Shown one piece after another: positions 50,745-64,000 of a DNA stretch of 64,000 nucleotides; position 1 is the first letter of the stretch; every line of letters starts with the position of its first letter. The position numbers were made by a program, and so were the translations under genes. Where the stretch lies: assembly GCF_964204645.1 (NCBI RefSeq), contig NC_134032.1:8730275-8794274 (forward strand), in the 5' to 3' direction. The notes beneath the pieces are model-generated. The model ran no database searches. It worked only from the letters and a program-made list of their open reading frames with translations, and was not told the origin of the DNA. The stretch comes from Tubulanus polymorphus (lineage: Eukaryota; Animalia; Nemertea).

Positions 50745-51140
50745 AAATCGCTCACAATTTGTCACACTTGTGATCAGGAATTCAGTGACAACAAATTCAA
50801 AATTCTAGACAAAGGTTCAATCTGATCTCGATTGTAAAATTAGGGAGGCCCTGTTTATTAAAGCGCAATACCCTCTTTAAATCAACAATTATTTAAAAAC
50901 GGCTCATCATTTATCCTAAATGTATTCAAATAATTAGCTCGTAGTTAAATACTTTGTAATTAGCTTCGAATTTAGCACTTGTAGTTTTGTAACTTATGTT
51001 GTATATAAACCTGTAGTTTAATCATTTGATTCACTTGTATTTCACCTGATGAGGGGATATGATCCCGAAAACGTTCGTGTTAATAAACTAATTTAGTATT
51101 TACTCATTAGAAAATGAGGTTTTTAGTGTTATCGCTTCCC
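50745..51140 (+). mobile_element. 5'-truncated Penelope-like retroelement (GIY-YIG endonuclease C-terminus + 3' UTR/pLTR)
   Basis: Frameshifted CHTCDQEFSDNKFKILDKG / SDLDCKIREALFIK / PSLNQQLFKNGSSFILNVFK* (stop 50931-50933), then AT-rich UTR, hammerhead and aataaa. Confidence 0.85.
51043..51079 (+). ncRNA. Minimal type I hammerhead ribozyme
   Basis: cac-CTGATGA-g-gggat(atg)atccc-GAAA-ACGT-TC-gtg: full core, 5-bp helix II, 1-bp helix III with palindromic ACGT loop, 3-bp helix I. Confidence 0.82.
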
Positions 51141-51425
51141 CTATGGTTATTGGGATACTTTAACTCTCTGTCTAAGATCTGTTTCGAAAATAGTTTGTGA
51201 ACGTATCTAGGAATTTTCAACCTTCGAGTAGGCCAAATCAGCTCTTAACCTAAGAGGCAAGACTTTTACAATTCAAACGAACTTTTGATTCGTTCTTGTG
51301 AGGACATTTTCGGATGGTAGAATTGCCACAATCAAACGTGGAGAACGAATGATAAGATAAGAACCCACTATATACAGATTTAAATGTTGTTAAGTAACGA
51401 ACTTATTTAATCAAAAATTGAATTG

Positions 51426-51469
51426 ACACGACGTTTCAAAATCCCACACTAGAAATCATCGGCAGGTAT
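51426..51469 (-). ncRNA. Degenerate hammerhead-like motif (second family)
   Basis: atac-CTGCCGA-t-gattt...gattt-t-GAAA-CG-TC-gtgt; core A->C change and weak helix II. Confidence 0.5.
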
Positions 51470-52175
51470 GAGGGGATTAGCTAAAACAGGGCTAGGGATG
51501 AACTTCGCCGAAAACTTGATAAGCGAATAACAGCGATAAGCACAGATAGGTAATGCCCGAAAAAATTCCAGCGGTAAGATCGTGTTTACCTGTCGAATTA
51601 TCTAACATTCTTTTCTAAGATTCTTTTGGGTCAAATATATCGTTATTGATTTTATGTCACGAATTGATATTTTATTTCTGCAAGCGTTTATCTCACCGTA
51701 CAGCCTATAGCGTCAGCGTATTTTTGTTTCGTGGAGGAAATAGCGGCTGGATTGAAAATCTTACTTTCAAGGGATCTAATGATACTTCTGTTCCAAGATC
51801 CACAGTTGATGACTTAATTGGACTCTAGTGTTTATTGAAATAGTTAGTGATTTGACGGAATATTCGAAGCAAACTGGATCCAGTCTCCTGGATCCAGTTC
51901 CACAATTGCTGGCTGGCTGGCTGGCTGGATTCGCTAAAAAGTTCATCCTGAATTACTTATACCCGCAAACGTGAAACTGTAAAAGTTGAGACCTTGTTGT
52001 TACAAAGTCAAAACTAAGAAATCTATGACCGATTTGAAGGCTTATTTTGGTTAATTAATTAGACTAACCATTTTTGTAATTAAAAGCTGTGAATCTGGAT
52101 TCAGAAACAGGCATTGATGTAGCCGGCATTTTGAAGACTTTTGTCAAATCGTTTTTGGATTAGGAACATAAGACA

Positions 52176-55100
52176 ATGGCGTCATGTTCACCAAGAGATC
52201 CGTAAGTACAGAATAAACCGTAAGTTTATCATTTTAGAAACCCAGAAAGAATATATTTATTCAAACTCCTACCATTGCTATCGTTTATGGAGAAATAGAG
52301 TATTTACGTAATTACAAATACAACTGTTTAGTCCGCTATCTGGAGGAAAGAAGATTATTAACAGTTTATAATAATAGAAACTGCTATACTATTAGGCTCG
52401 CCTATCTAGCGGTGCACGGGGCCCTTCTTATAAGTTGTACTCGACTTTTAAAGAATCACAATTGGCAAGCGTCATATCTCAACTGACAACTGTGGAATTG
52501 TGGAAATGGGTCATTCCACCGTGGAACTATAAACTGGGCCGTTCGACTCGGGGTGTTTTTGGTAGGCCATAAATAAGTTTGAATCAGACTCGTAGACGGG
52601 CGTCAAAGCCCTGTCGTCTGCCGGTGTTTCCCGGTTACTAAGACACAATTCTCAGGCGCGATCAACAAACCGTGTGAAATACTTTACAAACTAACTTCCG
52701 ATTAACGCCGAAACAATCCAGACGCACGAGTTAGAAATGTATACCCCATTCAACTAAATCATCTAATTATGTTGTCGCTGACTTTTGAAATGAAATTGCA
52801 AGTGAAGAAAAGTTATAAATTTCTTTAAAGAATTTTTTTAACGATTCTACGATTGCGAGAATGATATGAATTTCGGCTCGCTATGAAAGGAATTTATGGA
52901 ATAACGATAACTTAAAAGACCTATATTGAAATCGCCCACGTCAAATCGACGACGCATGATATTTTTCTTGTGATTATTCAATCTACTTATGATATTATAC
53001 CCATGTGACATACTAAGTTATATATTATTACGTCATCTCATTTCAAGTACTGATTTTATTTGTTTGATGCGTACAGAAATATGAAAGATGTTACCGAGGA
53101 TCTTTCTGTTGATTAATGATTAATTTGAACATTTCATTTCATATTTCATTGAAATGTTACCGAAAAAACCTCAATTTGTTACTGATAGCACTTTTCAGTG
53201 ATTGGCAGCCCCGAAAACCCGATCCCGACGGTGAGATTCTCTACTCCGTCATTTAGAAAATATAGTAGTACCTCTCCCTCAATCATCGCCATTCGTACCT
53301 CTACACTCACCGGACCGGTCGACGATAATCGTATTCCTACATAGATATTGAAATTCACGAATGAACATATTGTCTCCCACGGGATTTTCGGCAGTAATTT
53401 TTGGGACATTTTATTAACAATTCTGTGGTCTAGATTACCCATATATCATTTACCTAATATTGCTCTTTCTTACTATAAGGACCAGTTCTGTCGATGTCGC
53501 AGCTTATAATTTGACATATTTATCTATCAAGATTATTCAATTGCTTATTCGGAGGGGGATTCTTTGTGATCAAATGTGTCCATATCTTTTTTCGATTTCA
53601 TTTGTCCAAAAATAATCGAAAACGAACCACTTGTAATTTCGATTTTGGATTCAAAGAGTTATTGTTCATTTACCGTGACTCCACAGTTATTGAAATTAGA
53701 ATGATGTATCTTAAATTCAATTAAAGAACTATTGAACTAGGTTTAGATACTCAGGGCCGGCAACTTGGCCCTCGTTGGAATCGGGAGTTTCAGCTTTCCG
53801 TTGATAAAACAGTCAACAGGCAAGAGTCGAGGATCCTGGTGGAAACCCCATCTGCCCTCTAGGACACAAAGGCTCCTAAGTGAGTTGATGAGTTGATAAG
53901 TTGATAAACCTCATCAGTAACAACAACACCGGCAATTTCGTGCGCAAATTCAATCGGCAACAAATCGCTCCCGAGGGAAATTCAACAACCCCTCTAGAAC
54001 TAATCTATTGTCAACGCGCGTGTGTGACATTTATGTTTTTCATAGATCGACTTCGCATCGAACGGCGCCGTGCAAAACATTACATCGTACATATACGATA
54101 GGGGCGCAACAAGCTTTAGAATACGGTAACGGGGCGTACGTAAAATCGTGAGCTCCGCGACGCTCTAGAGACAAGGACTAATTAGAGCTCTCGCTAGGAA
54201 ACCGTGTGCGGGGATGAGCGCGCGTATTGTGATGTCAATGCGATGGAAAATAGATACTTCATAATATAGTGCGTAACATCGATGTAAATCATCATCGACA
54301 GCTCAGATCATGAGACTCGTATAATAGATACAATATTATTATCAATCATTAAAGGATTGTAGTGGTTTCCGTCGTCGCGGCCGGACGGCTCGAAGTCCCG
54401 GTCATTAAACGCGCGAATTGAATACGGGATTTAAGAATTTATGAAACCTGCCTGAAACGTATAAACAAACGGTGTGATAACCGAATTTCGTTTGAGCTAA
54501 AAGCGGGCAGAATTCGTAAACATTATCTGGAAATTGATATAATTTTGAATTTGGTGTAGCTACGGTGAATGTTCTTGTACGAAGGATTATCCTTTTCAAA
54601 GATCTGCGAAAAAACTAGGAATTTTAAATTCGTGGATTTCCCGAGCGAGACCGACCGTTGAGGTTGAAAATTAAGGTAATTTGAAAGGTATTATATATGA
54701 CGTTATTTGCTAAAGCTTTTCGAATGGATTTTTTAAAAATCTGATACGATATTTAGGACTTTTTCCAGGTTTTTCTCGGATTCAATTAGAATCTCATGGC
54801 CACGATTTCTCTAATTCGACGAAAAATGATTGAAAATTGCGGACCATATATGAAAATGATTTGATTCAGCACCCGAGTATTAATACCAGTCGATAAAACA
54901 GGCGCCCGTGTTACTTGTAATTGTGGTAAATTCAATTCGTACTTAATAAGGTAAACCCCTGATCAAAACTATAGTCTATTAAATGGGGATTGTAGATCGA
55001 GGTGACTTGTAAGCGGTGCAAGGCGCCTGTCAATATCATGCCGATAAGTTATAAACATTGTCCATTTATCGTATAAAATCTCATGCCCTTTCCCGGCGCA

Positions 55101-58100
55101 CGCCGACCTTTTCTTTGGCAGGCTGAAATCGCGTCGTAGAATCGTGCGAATTTTTCGCCGGCTATTAATCAGATATTCATTTTATCGCGTTCGCGTCTCG
55201 ACTAAAATCTAAAAACGAAACTCGCATGTACTTGAAATGTTTAGCCGGAGAAACTCTACCATAGCTTCTCACGTGAAAAACTTTTAAAAAAAGTGAAGCC
55301 CATACCTTCGTCGGCGAATATCGCTATTCGGGTTTATCATGTTTTTAATTTCAAAATCGTGTTTCGTAGCTCAACCTGCAGTTGATGGGAACAGATCTTG
55401 AAGCCCGGCGCACGCGACGCCGGGAAACGCAGAAACTGCAAACAGAAACAATTTGGTTTCTACTGACAAGTGACTTTATGATTTCAATAAAGTGAAAACC
55501 CAAAATTAAATATGAAAAAAAACTGGGAGAGAATCTAACGTTTCGACTCAATCCTATAAGCCATTTTTCACTCGGTATTGTTATATTACTGTTCCATGAA
55601 TTTTATTTTGAAAATGGCTTATGGAATTAAGTCGAAACATCAGATTCTCCTCAGTCTAGGTTTTGTTTTTCATTTTATTGTCGGGGTCTTCAAAGACATT
55701 TCCGCGCGTCTCCCTGTGGTCGTGTGCGTTAACAAGAAACGAGAAACGTGTTTTAGGGAAATTATGTTTCCATAATCAAACGTATTTGATTCGCAGTGTT
55801 TCTGAGTTTCCGTGTTTCCTTGTGTCGTGTTAGTTGGACTTTGTATAGAGAAACTAAGTTGATTTCGCAGAAAGTAGCATCTCTTCTCTGAAAATACCTA
55901 AAAGTTGCCAACAGCTTATTCAACACTGAATGAGGTACTCATCCTCTTGACGGGGATTTCACGTATGGCAGCTGAGGATCCGCCAGGGGTCGCTAGAAGA
56001 TAGTTGGTCTTCCGCGTTCGATATCCGAGTAGAATAATGGAAGTATTGTATATTTGGTGGGTGCAGTAATGATATATGGATTCTGGAATTTTAGAATCCA
56101 GTTCAAAGTTTATTGTTCATCGAAAATGGTGAACGAATTTTGACAATGGAAGACCTACTGGTTGTCACGCCATCTGGTGGGATGTTGCGGGTTCACTTGA
56201 AATAAATTTTTCATTCGAACGCGCTAGGTGAAATCTTTTTTGCCCCGTAAATATTGTATGCAAATCGTGACGTTGTCCGATAAACGCAGACTTAGTAACC
56301 ATGGGAGCTAAGTAAAATTTATAGTTTTAATGTTGTCGCATGTCGCGCGCACGAGGCCACTCGTCTCTCTCCCGCTCCCTCGAAAAATCTGAGCTCCATA
56401 AAGCGCAGTCACGCGCTGTCACTTGATGTAACGGGCGAAATATCGCGCACGGTAATTCGATAATATTTCGTGACAGGTATCGTTAGATATACAAATAAAC
56501 TAACAAGCCATCGCCACGGTGGGTATGGTTTCGTAGGGACGAAGGAGTCAGTTGCACTAGTTGTTATAAAAATGCGTGCATCAATATTTCTTTTGATCTT
56601 ATAACAGGGCTTAACCCTGCTAGTTTTTTGATATGTAGATTTTTGATTTAGTTTTGATTTGATGTCCCTTACAAACCCACCACACCTGTCGGGATCGAAA
56701 CAGAGGGTTTGATATTTAAATTGGAAATCAAAGTACAGAGTTGAGTGTGATCGGCGGTCGGGTTAACAGAATGTTTCGTTTAAAAATCGAAGTACATAAT
56801 TGGAAAATTCGGTTCCAGCTCGTCATTCAAACAACTTCCAACCAGCCTGAACCGGCAAGCGACTGATAGGGGTTAACTTTGTTAATACATCGACATTTTG
56901 GAAATACACATATCACAAGATTGACGATCATTTTGTCCATTTTTATTTTCTTTTGTCATTTTCGACGTGTAAATAGTCCGAGTTCAACATCGTTAATTTC
57001 ACGATGAGTACAATCAAAGTTAGAACAGTCAAAAGTAGTTAACTTTCGATTACCTTAAACTCTACAGTCAAAATCACATTATTTTCAATTTCTTAAACTT
57101 TACAGTCAAAATAAGTCAATTTGCAATTTCTTGAACTCTGCAGTCAAAAAAAATAAGCCCATTTTAAATCGTTGAGACCAATCATTTAACAATGGATTCT
57201 TCGAGACAAAGCTTATTAGCGTACACGGATACACCCATCTTCATCGAAAAAAATAGTTCGGGACGGCAGAGCTTATCACACAGTACTTTAAAACTGCTAG
57301 TGGGATATTCATTTACACCGCGGAGTTACTGATGATGAATTCATTCTATTATTTATGACACGATACCGGAAACCGTATTACACAATATGACAGCCGATTA
57401 TTAACTGAATTCATCTGATTCACTATTTGTGTCTGTCTGTTGTCCATAGCAACCTACGGTGGATATCTATGGGTATTTTTTTCTGTACGTTCACCTCGCA
57501 GTGAGTAGTGATGTAGGCTTCACCTCTAGCTCTCGCTCTAGCTCTCGCTCTCGCTCTCGCTCTCGCTCTCGCTCTCGCTCTCGCTCTCGCTCTCGCTCTC
57601 GCTCTCGCTCTCCCTCTCCCTCTCCCTCTCCCTCTCCCTCTCCCTCTCCCTCTCCCTCTCCCTCTCCCTCTCCCTCTCCCTCTCCCTCTCCCTCTCCCTA
57701 TGCATCTGGAAATAACTTTTTCAATTATTTTTAGAGTGAAATCTTTTTCATTTTAGAGATCTGTCGCTAGAGCCATATCGACTGCCTGCGCTCAGGTTGA
57801 AAGATAGAATGACCATAGCGAAAAGTGGCGTAAGTATGACAGGATCCTGGCTGGTTAATGTTCAAAGAAAGAAGAGATATCAAATATATATCCTCAAATC
57901 TTTCAAACGATTGATTTCTTCTTAAATGCGTTTTAATGTTTCCATTATGCTATTTGGTGGCCAGTTTAACCATAGAGGCCGTGATGTGATATTGGCTCTA
58001 ACGCCAAATCACGCTGATTTTCAAATCTTCTTTTTTTGTTCTAACTCGAGTTGAGTCGAATTTCACAAAGAACCTTAAACTCTGAGTACCAAATTTAGGT

Positions 58101-61100
58101 AACCAGAGAGCAAATTTGATTGCCCCTGTCTTGGTATGTGGGTCCACTGGGATCGTTGAGCGATGGAGATCACTGTGGATACGACAACTTCCAGGAATCT
58201 GGAGGAAGAGTCGAATAAACTCTCATTCTGGTGGAACTGGTTTGTTACCAGAATTTTTCATCGTCGAAATTTCATCATAATAATCTCTTTTTAAAAAATT
58301 TTCTCTCCAGCAGGACAGCAGGATGACCGGGATAACGTCCAGTGGAGGTTTCGGTAGTAGCCATCGAGGCGGCGACGAGACGTTTATCGATACAAAACCG
58401 GCAAAAATCAGACGGATCATACTGCATGACGTCTGCGGGCGTCGCCTGGATACGGACACCAGCTACCAACGCGCCATCTACCGGGCTAAACAGAAAATAC
58501 GTGACGGGGAGATGGAGAAATCGCGCATGAAACCGGAAGAATGGCGTCTACCGAAAGCGCCACTACCGGCCCGGCCGGATTTAACGCGGATAGCGCCGAT
58601 ACCGGCGCAACCGCATCTCAGACACAGTCAGTTATACCCGTTTCACTCGAATCAAAAACAACCTGAATTCATATCTTCATTTCTGCCATTCTCGACTCTA
58701 ATGGTAAGTTTACCTCCCCCCGCATTAACCACCGGAACCCCTCGAATGAAAAGATAATTCGTTCAGAAGCCCTCACGTCGAGGGAAAAACTGAGATGCTA
58801 CTAAGTGTCTAAAATTGAGTTTGGTCGTAGATTCTAATTTCTTTGCATGATCCTCAAACAACTCAAAAAAAGAAAATTTAACGCATTCAATATTTTTTTG
58901 TGCATATTTCAGGAGCTTTGTAAGGAAGAGGCTAGATTCATTCTACAAAGGTAAAATTTGCGTTGAAATGAATGAATCGCAAACTGCATTTGATTAATTC
59001 AAAAGATGTTTCTGTGAAACTGGGCCCGATCCTTACGAGCTTGGGTGGCTATAGTCATATTTTAAATTTCAGTAACGACGACCAGCTGTTCAACCCGCCG
59101 AACCTGCCGATCCAGTTACCCATTCCGGAAGATACGGTGCGCCTGCTGGGCGGGATCGGCTCGCGAATCTACGTACCGTTCGTTGGCGCCGCCTATATGC
59201 ACGGGAAGCCGCTAGTGGCAGTCGAGCCTCGTCAACCGAATCGCCCCCACCCGGGACTGTGTAACGGTTGTCGGCGAGCCGGACTTTGTCTCGGATGCGC
59301 TAAAAGTTCTTTTCCACAGTAAGCAATGGGAATCTTCTTTAGTTGAAAATAATTTGTTTTACAAAGATGGTCATCCGTGTTGCGACGATTATGTAGAAAG
59401 ATGCGACACTAATAATCTAAATAGAAGTCTGAAATGTGTCTTTGAGTTTATAGTTTATTCAACGTTTCGACTAGCTACAGGTGACTATCATGATATAGTC
59501 GAAACGTTGGTTAAGCTACTAACTCAAGGTTATATTTCTGACTTAATTTTTTCGTTATTAGCGTGGGACTTTTCTATACATGAATTAGCGGGCTTAAAGT
59601 TTGAACGAATACTCATACACGAAATCATGCAAAAATCGTTACAAAATTCTAATAATCGACATCTTAAGAATTTGCTGAAAAGAAGTTTACCATTTACTAA
59701 TTCTCGAATCATTTTGATGGAAAACTTGAATCTGAAATACTTATTTTTCAATATTCTATTTTTTCTCCTGACGTAGTTATCACAAAGGAGTGGTGAATCG
59801 ACCAATCAGAACGGGCGGCGGATACACGTTCTTCAAACGAGGTATGACGTCATCGTCGACGACAGACGAACACCAATCGACGAGCCGGAAATACGGAACA
59901 CCCGTTCACATAAGGGCCGATATACCGCTTCAAACGCTATACGACGGTAAGAAGAACCGTTCCGAAACGGCCAATCCTCCCAATAGGGAAACGCAACACT
60001 AGCTACCAGCATAGCGTGACGAGCAATAGGCCTCAGTCGCCTCAGTAGCTCAGAGAGATAAGGCATGATGCTATTGCATCCACTATCAGTGCCGAGTGGT
60101 AAGTGGGTTCGAGTCCTGCTGGCTGCTTACCGTAGGCCGCCTCGTCGCGAGGTTAAAATGAATAGGGATCCAATAGGGTTAGTCTTGGAAAACCAAGATC
60201 CAAGCGACGTAAAAAGCCAAAACAAAACATTCTTGCCAAAATCAGTTCATTTTCAATGAACTTTGTACGGTTCTTCTCTGGTGTCTGCTCAAATCACAAG
60301 GAAAAAAACGTGACACCCATAATTAAGGAAACGGATGATCGATAAGATTGATATTAGCATTTAGCCGAAACGTTGTGAGTTGAATATATTCATATCGAGC
60401 AAAACAATCCGTCTTCTTATGGTGAGATTTCCAACATGATGAACACCAGGGTCTGAATTTGAACGTATTTTTGAGCTTTATTTGTATCCAAAACACAGGG
60501 ATTCATCTGGATATTTGAAACAGGTGATGTTCGTTTTTTTAGCCGATTATAAAACGTTGGACAAATACAACTTGGCCGTCGATATCTCGCAGTCTCCGAG
60601 TTTCCCGTTCGCGAGGCAGCCGTCCGCGATAGTCGGCCCGCTGGATCCGGCCCTGGCAGACATGGCTCAGAGGAGGGCTGCTCAGCGCGGAGTGTCGCCC
60701 GGTGGTAGCCCACCGGTTGAACTCGATCTGGAGGAACGCCTGCTCAGAGAATACCTAGCCACGCAAGATTTCAGCCGCGGTAAGAATTAAAGTGGTATTT
60801 TCCAGTTTGAAAAAAAGCATCACGCCCCGTTTAATTATGCTTACTAACCGATAATAAGATAAAAACCCACTATCTACAGATAAAAAGAATTTAAAAACAA
60901 GAATTTATTTATTCAATCTAAAATATATAGAACACACGACTTTTCGATCTCACCCTAGAGATAGATCATCGTCAGGTGTGACTTACTCACCGAGTTTATT
61001 TTCCGCAAAACTGTCATCCTTCCAATTGAAATGATTTCCCAAAGACCTGAAATAAAGAGAATTTTGTTTTTGAAGACCTTCTCTCCCAAATGACGACGCT

Positions 61101-63845
61101 CTGTAAACTAGCAAACATCTGTGTATGTATCTTAAGAGAGATTGCATCCCCAGTTTTGAAGAAGAGCATCTGTGGCCAATTGAATTCGAAAATATCGAGT
61201 TAGAAAGTCGAAATTTCTACTTCGAAAAAATGCTAATAGCTGCAATGATCTTCCGTACTACTTTCTTCTACCAAAGCATTTTAACCTGTTGAAAATATCT
61301 TCATATTTTTTTCTGTGATGAATTCGTGTGTTACAGGCGCCACTAACAATCTAATGCTAGCCCGCTTCCTAAACCAGCAATGCGACATGTGTACAACGCC
61401 GTCTATTAATAATTCCCGTCACCAGCTGGACGCCTGCATCAAACAAGCCATATCCGGGATAGCGCGTGATCAACAGCCTCGTTCTGATAAGAGAGCGCCG
61501 ATAATACTGCCCCCTATACCAACGAAAGGTAATCGTTTATCGTTATTGTTTGTAATGCACTTATCGGGCACCGTGGTCTATTTGCATCGATATGTCAATA
61601 TGCACCATTCAGTCACTGTATGTATTGCGTGTTTAATGAATTCCTCACTAGGGGGCACTGATGAGGTTGCCCGAAATTGAAGTGTGGATCCATTGCCACG
61701 CTTGTTCTTCAGTCGAATAAATATTAATCGATATCCAACTTTAAGGTCAGGTTTTAGGCTAACTGCGAGCTGAGTCCAGGTTGAACTGTGGAACCTGCTG
61801 TTTCGTAACTGTTAAACAGGGCCACATTGTGGAGCGAGGCCTGGGCACAACAGGAAGTCTGGACCGAAAGACCTGTTGAACTTGGTCATGAGTCGAATTC
61901 TCCGAACCGGGCCCAATTTCACAAATTGAGGGAATTAGCCCCAAATTGATTTTGCATTAACTCAACCAATTTAGAAATCATATCGATTTTACAGTCAAGC
62001 GTGTTATGTACATATTTCGTGAAATCGGGCACAGGCGAAACTAAATTGCGGTTTACGAGTTTCTAGCCCACGTATTTGCAGTTTTATCAATGGACGACAA
62101 TTTCTTCGTAACCTTAAAAGCGACGACTCGCTCGCAAAGCGACGTAGAACCCGGGTCCTCCGTTCAACAACAGATCCCATCGCTAGATGATGAAGCAGTC
62201 CGCCAGGCGGCAGTAGAGGACGGTGATACGGCACTAGGCGGGTCGGCTGAGGAAGGGAAGCCACTAGATGGCGATCAACCGATAGACGGCGCTAGCGAGG
62301 TCGACGACGCCCCATTATCGTCGCGCCTCAGCCACGCTTCGATGATTCACTATCTGTGCTCGAGATGCGGGTCGGCGTACAGTTACGACAGTTGGGTGTA
62401 TCGCGATCGTGCCGCCGGCGGGGGCGCTGCGATCGACTTGGGCTGGGAATACGAATCGCTACTCGGCGACGAAGAGCCGTGGCCCGTCGGTCTGGTCGAG
62501 TCGCTCACCGAGGACCAGTGGACGTACGCCTTCAGCAGCCGGGGTACGTGTTTGTTGAAATTCGTAGCGAGAAAACTATAACTTTAGCAAAATCTAGATA
62601 TTAAAATTTGAGTCAAATCGATATCTGAAATTCGGTTTTCTTCCACAGAAACTTAGATTTTAGTTCAACTGAGATTTCTAGAAAACAACATCTTTCTTTT
62701 TTTCAAACCCTTGATAAATTATTTCTACTAAATTTCCAAATTATTCAATCAGATTTGACTATTTTGGCCTGAAACGGAAATATTCGCTAAATGCGTCTAG
62801 AAAGATTAAATATGCGAAAATAATGTATCGTAAAATCTGTGTTATTATTGTAAAGCTCAAAAGCTATTGCACCGTTTGAGATTTGTTTGATGTGTCCGTT
62901 TTCACGTGTTTTAAATGTCCGTTTGTCTTTGCACGCGCACAGAGAGCACGTCGCGTCTCACTAAAAGTGAAGAGGCTACCATGGAAAGCGAGGCCGGTAT
63001 ACAGGAGCAGGTGCGCAGAGAGGCTATGTACAGCCTCTATCAAGGTAAATGTTATCCGTGAAGCCTCGAACCGTCTGTAGATACAAATAGCGATGCTATT
63101 CGGGGACGTCTAGCTACTTTACGTGGGGGGGGGGGGCAACAAGGGAGGGTAATTGTTCATGTCATGCATTCATTTATGAAGGCTCATCTTATCTGAGAGG
63201 AAAATTCCCGATGGTGTCATAGTAGTCAGCCATCTGACAGACTGTATGACATCTAGAATTTTTGGGTAGAAGCTTGGCACCAGGAGGCAGCCGGCTTTTC
63301 TTGAAGTGTTCATAATATGAGCAATTTCAATTGATGTCAAAGGGGAATTTATGAACGCAGCCATTTTGTCGATAATAGTAGAGGTAATTTGATGATGTCA
63401 TAGGGAGATATATTTCTGAATGGCAATGTGATAGGAATAATTCTAATTTGATGATGCCATGAGAAAATTATGGAAGCAGTTATGTTTTCCGGATGGATTT
63501 ATAAGGTTATTTCGATGACGTCATAGAGGGACGACAATGAAATTTTCTTACTAATCTGATCTCTCCGCAGTTCCGGCGCCATTTCGAGTTATGCCGACGG
63601 AAAAACCGCCCACTATCGCTCAGGACCCGTTCTCGAAAAATCGCGCCCTGAAAATACCGCAATACAGCAAGTTCTCGACCCAGAAACCCCAAGGCGAAGC
63701 GATTTACGGCAAAAACCCGTTCGGCGGAGACCGCGAGTTCGACTTGCGACGCGAGAAGATGCGCGACGCTCAAGGTCGCGGAGACCGGAAATCCCGCCTG
63801 CCGCCGATACCAGCGCAGGAACCTTACAAACGACCGGTAATTTGA
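52176..63845 (+). CDS. Multi-exon gene for an unrecognised, largely disordered protein (>=~730 aa); well-supported exons 57757-57829, 58311-58703, 58913-58950, 59073-59318, 59777-59946, 60543-60779, 61337-61528, 62082-62543, 62943-63044, 63571-63845; tentative 5' exons 52176-52201, 53199-53230
   Basis: Ten consecutive GT-AG exons with matching phases (0,0,2,2,1,1,1,1,1) and no internal stop; recurring LPPIP-like motifs and CxxC pairs; 5' connection uncertain. Confidence 0.82.
57524..57699. repeat. Compound hexanucleotide microsatellite (GCTCTC)n-(CCTCTC)n
   Basis: Near-perfect hexamer runs switching unit at ~57611; intronic. Confidence 0.97.
60933..60980 (-). ncRNA. Hammerhead-like motif (second family), intronic and antisense to host gene
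   Basis: cacac-CTGACGA-t-gatct(12 nt)agatc-GAAA-AG-TC-gtgtg, aataaa downstream; 5-bp helices I and II; loop III AG rather than CG. Confidence 0.65.
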
Positions 63846-64000
63846 TGAAATTCTTAATTTCTGGAAAACTATACTTTTCTTATAAAGGAGAGGATATCTA
63901 TAACTGAACACAAGACTCATCGGGAAAACTGTTCATCCACATATGAAATGAATTTATGTTAATCAAAATTCAACCGAACATAAAATCATATTTTTAATAT

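Noticed and set aside
57459-57734. RS/SP-repeat ORF resembling an SR protein
   Set aside because: Translation of an intronic hexamer microsatellite; no RRM, non-ATG start
59354-59805. 140 aa and 91 aa ORFs
   Set aside because: Lie within intron 59319-59776; AT-rich, non-ATG start, no recognisable domain
61655-61690. CTGATGA-ggttgccc-GAAA hammerhead candidate
   Set aside because: Only a 2-bp helix II and no UH plus helix I partner; better explained as one arm of an inverted repeat with ~61559-61573

Overview
Eukaryotic, intron-rich invertebrate DNA (~40% GC by eye, CpG not obviously depleted; gene content suggests a lophotrochozoan, which is inference). Most listed ORFs are spurious; I rebuilt genes from GT-AG sites and exon phases. 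Content: (1) a ~28 kb minus-strand locus (445-28768) with two possible first coding exons and several phase-compatible alternative internal/terminal exons, one with a TM helix; (2) an intronless, frameshifted class-A GPCR pseudogene and an intact tRNA-Asp(GTC) in one of its introns; (3) an intact 4-exon TNF-superfamily ligand (39211-41766, minus); (4) directly upstream, an EGF-EGF-cbEGF-SUEL lectin gene whose 5' exons look decayed; (5) a >=10-exon plus-strand gene for an unrecognised low-complexity protein (~52176-63845); (6) many MITEs, tRNA-derived repeats and satellites. The most notable non-coding signal is a 5'-truncated Penelope-like element with an apparently intact minimal type I hammerhead ribozyme, plus five more hammerhead-like motifs from two other families. 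Repeats carrying CTCF-like motifs and a satellite built from a MITE terminus are also present. I see no clear evidence of a wholly new system; the findings are testable candidates.
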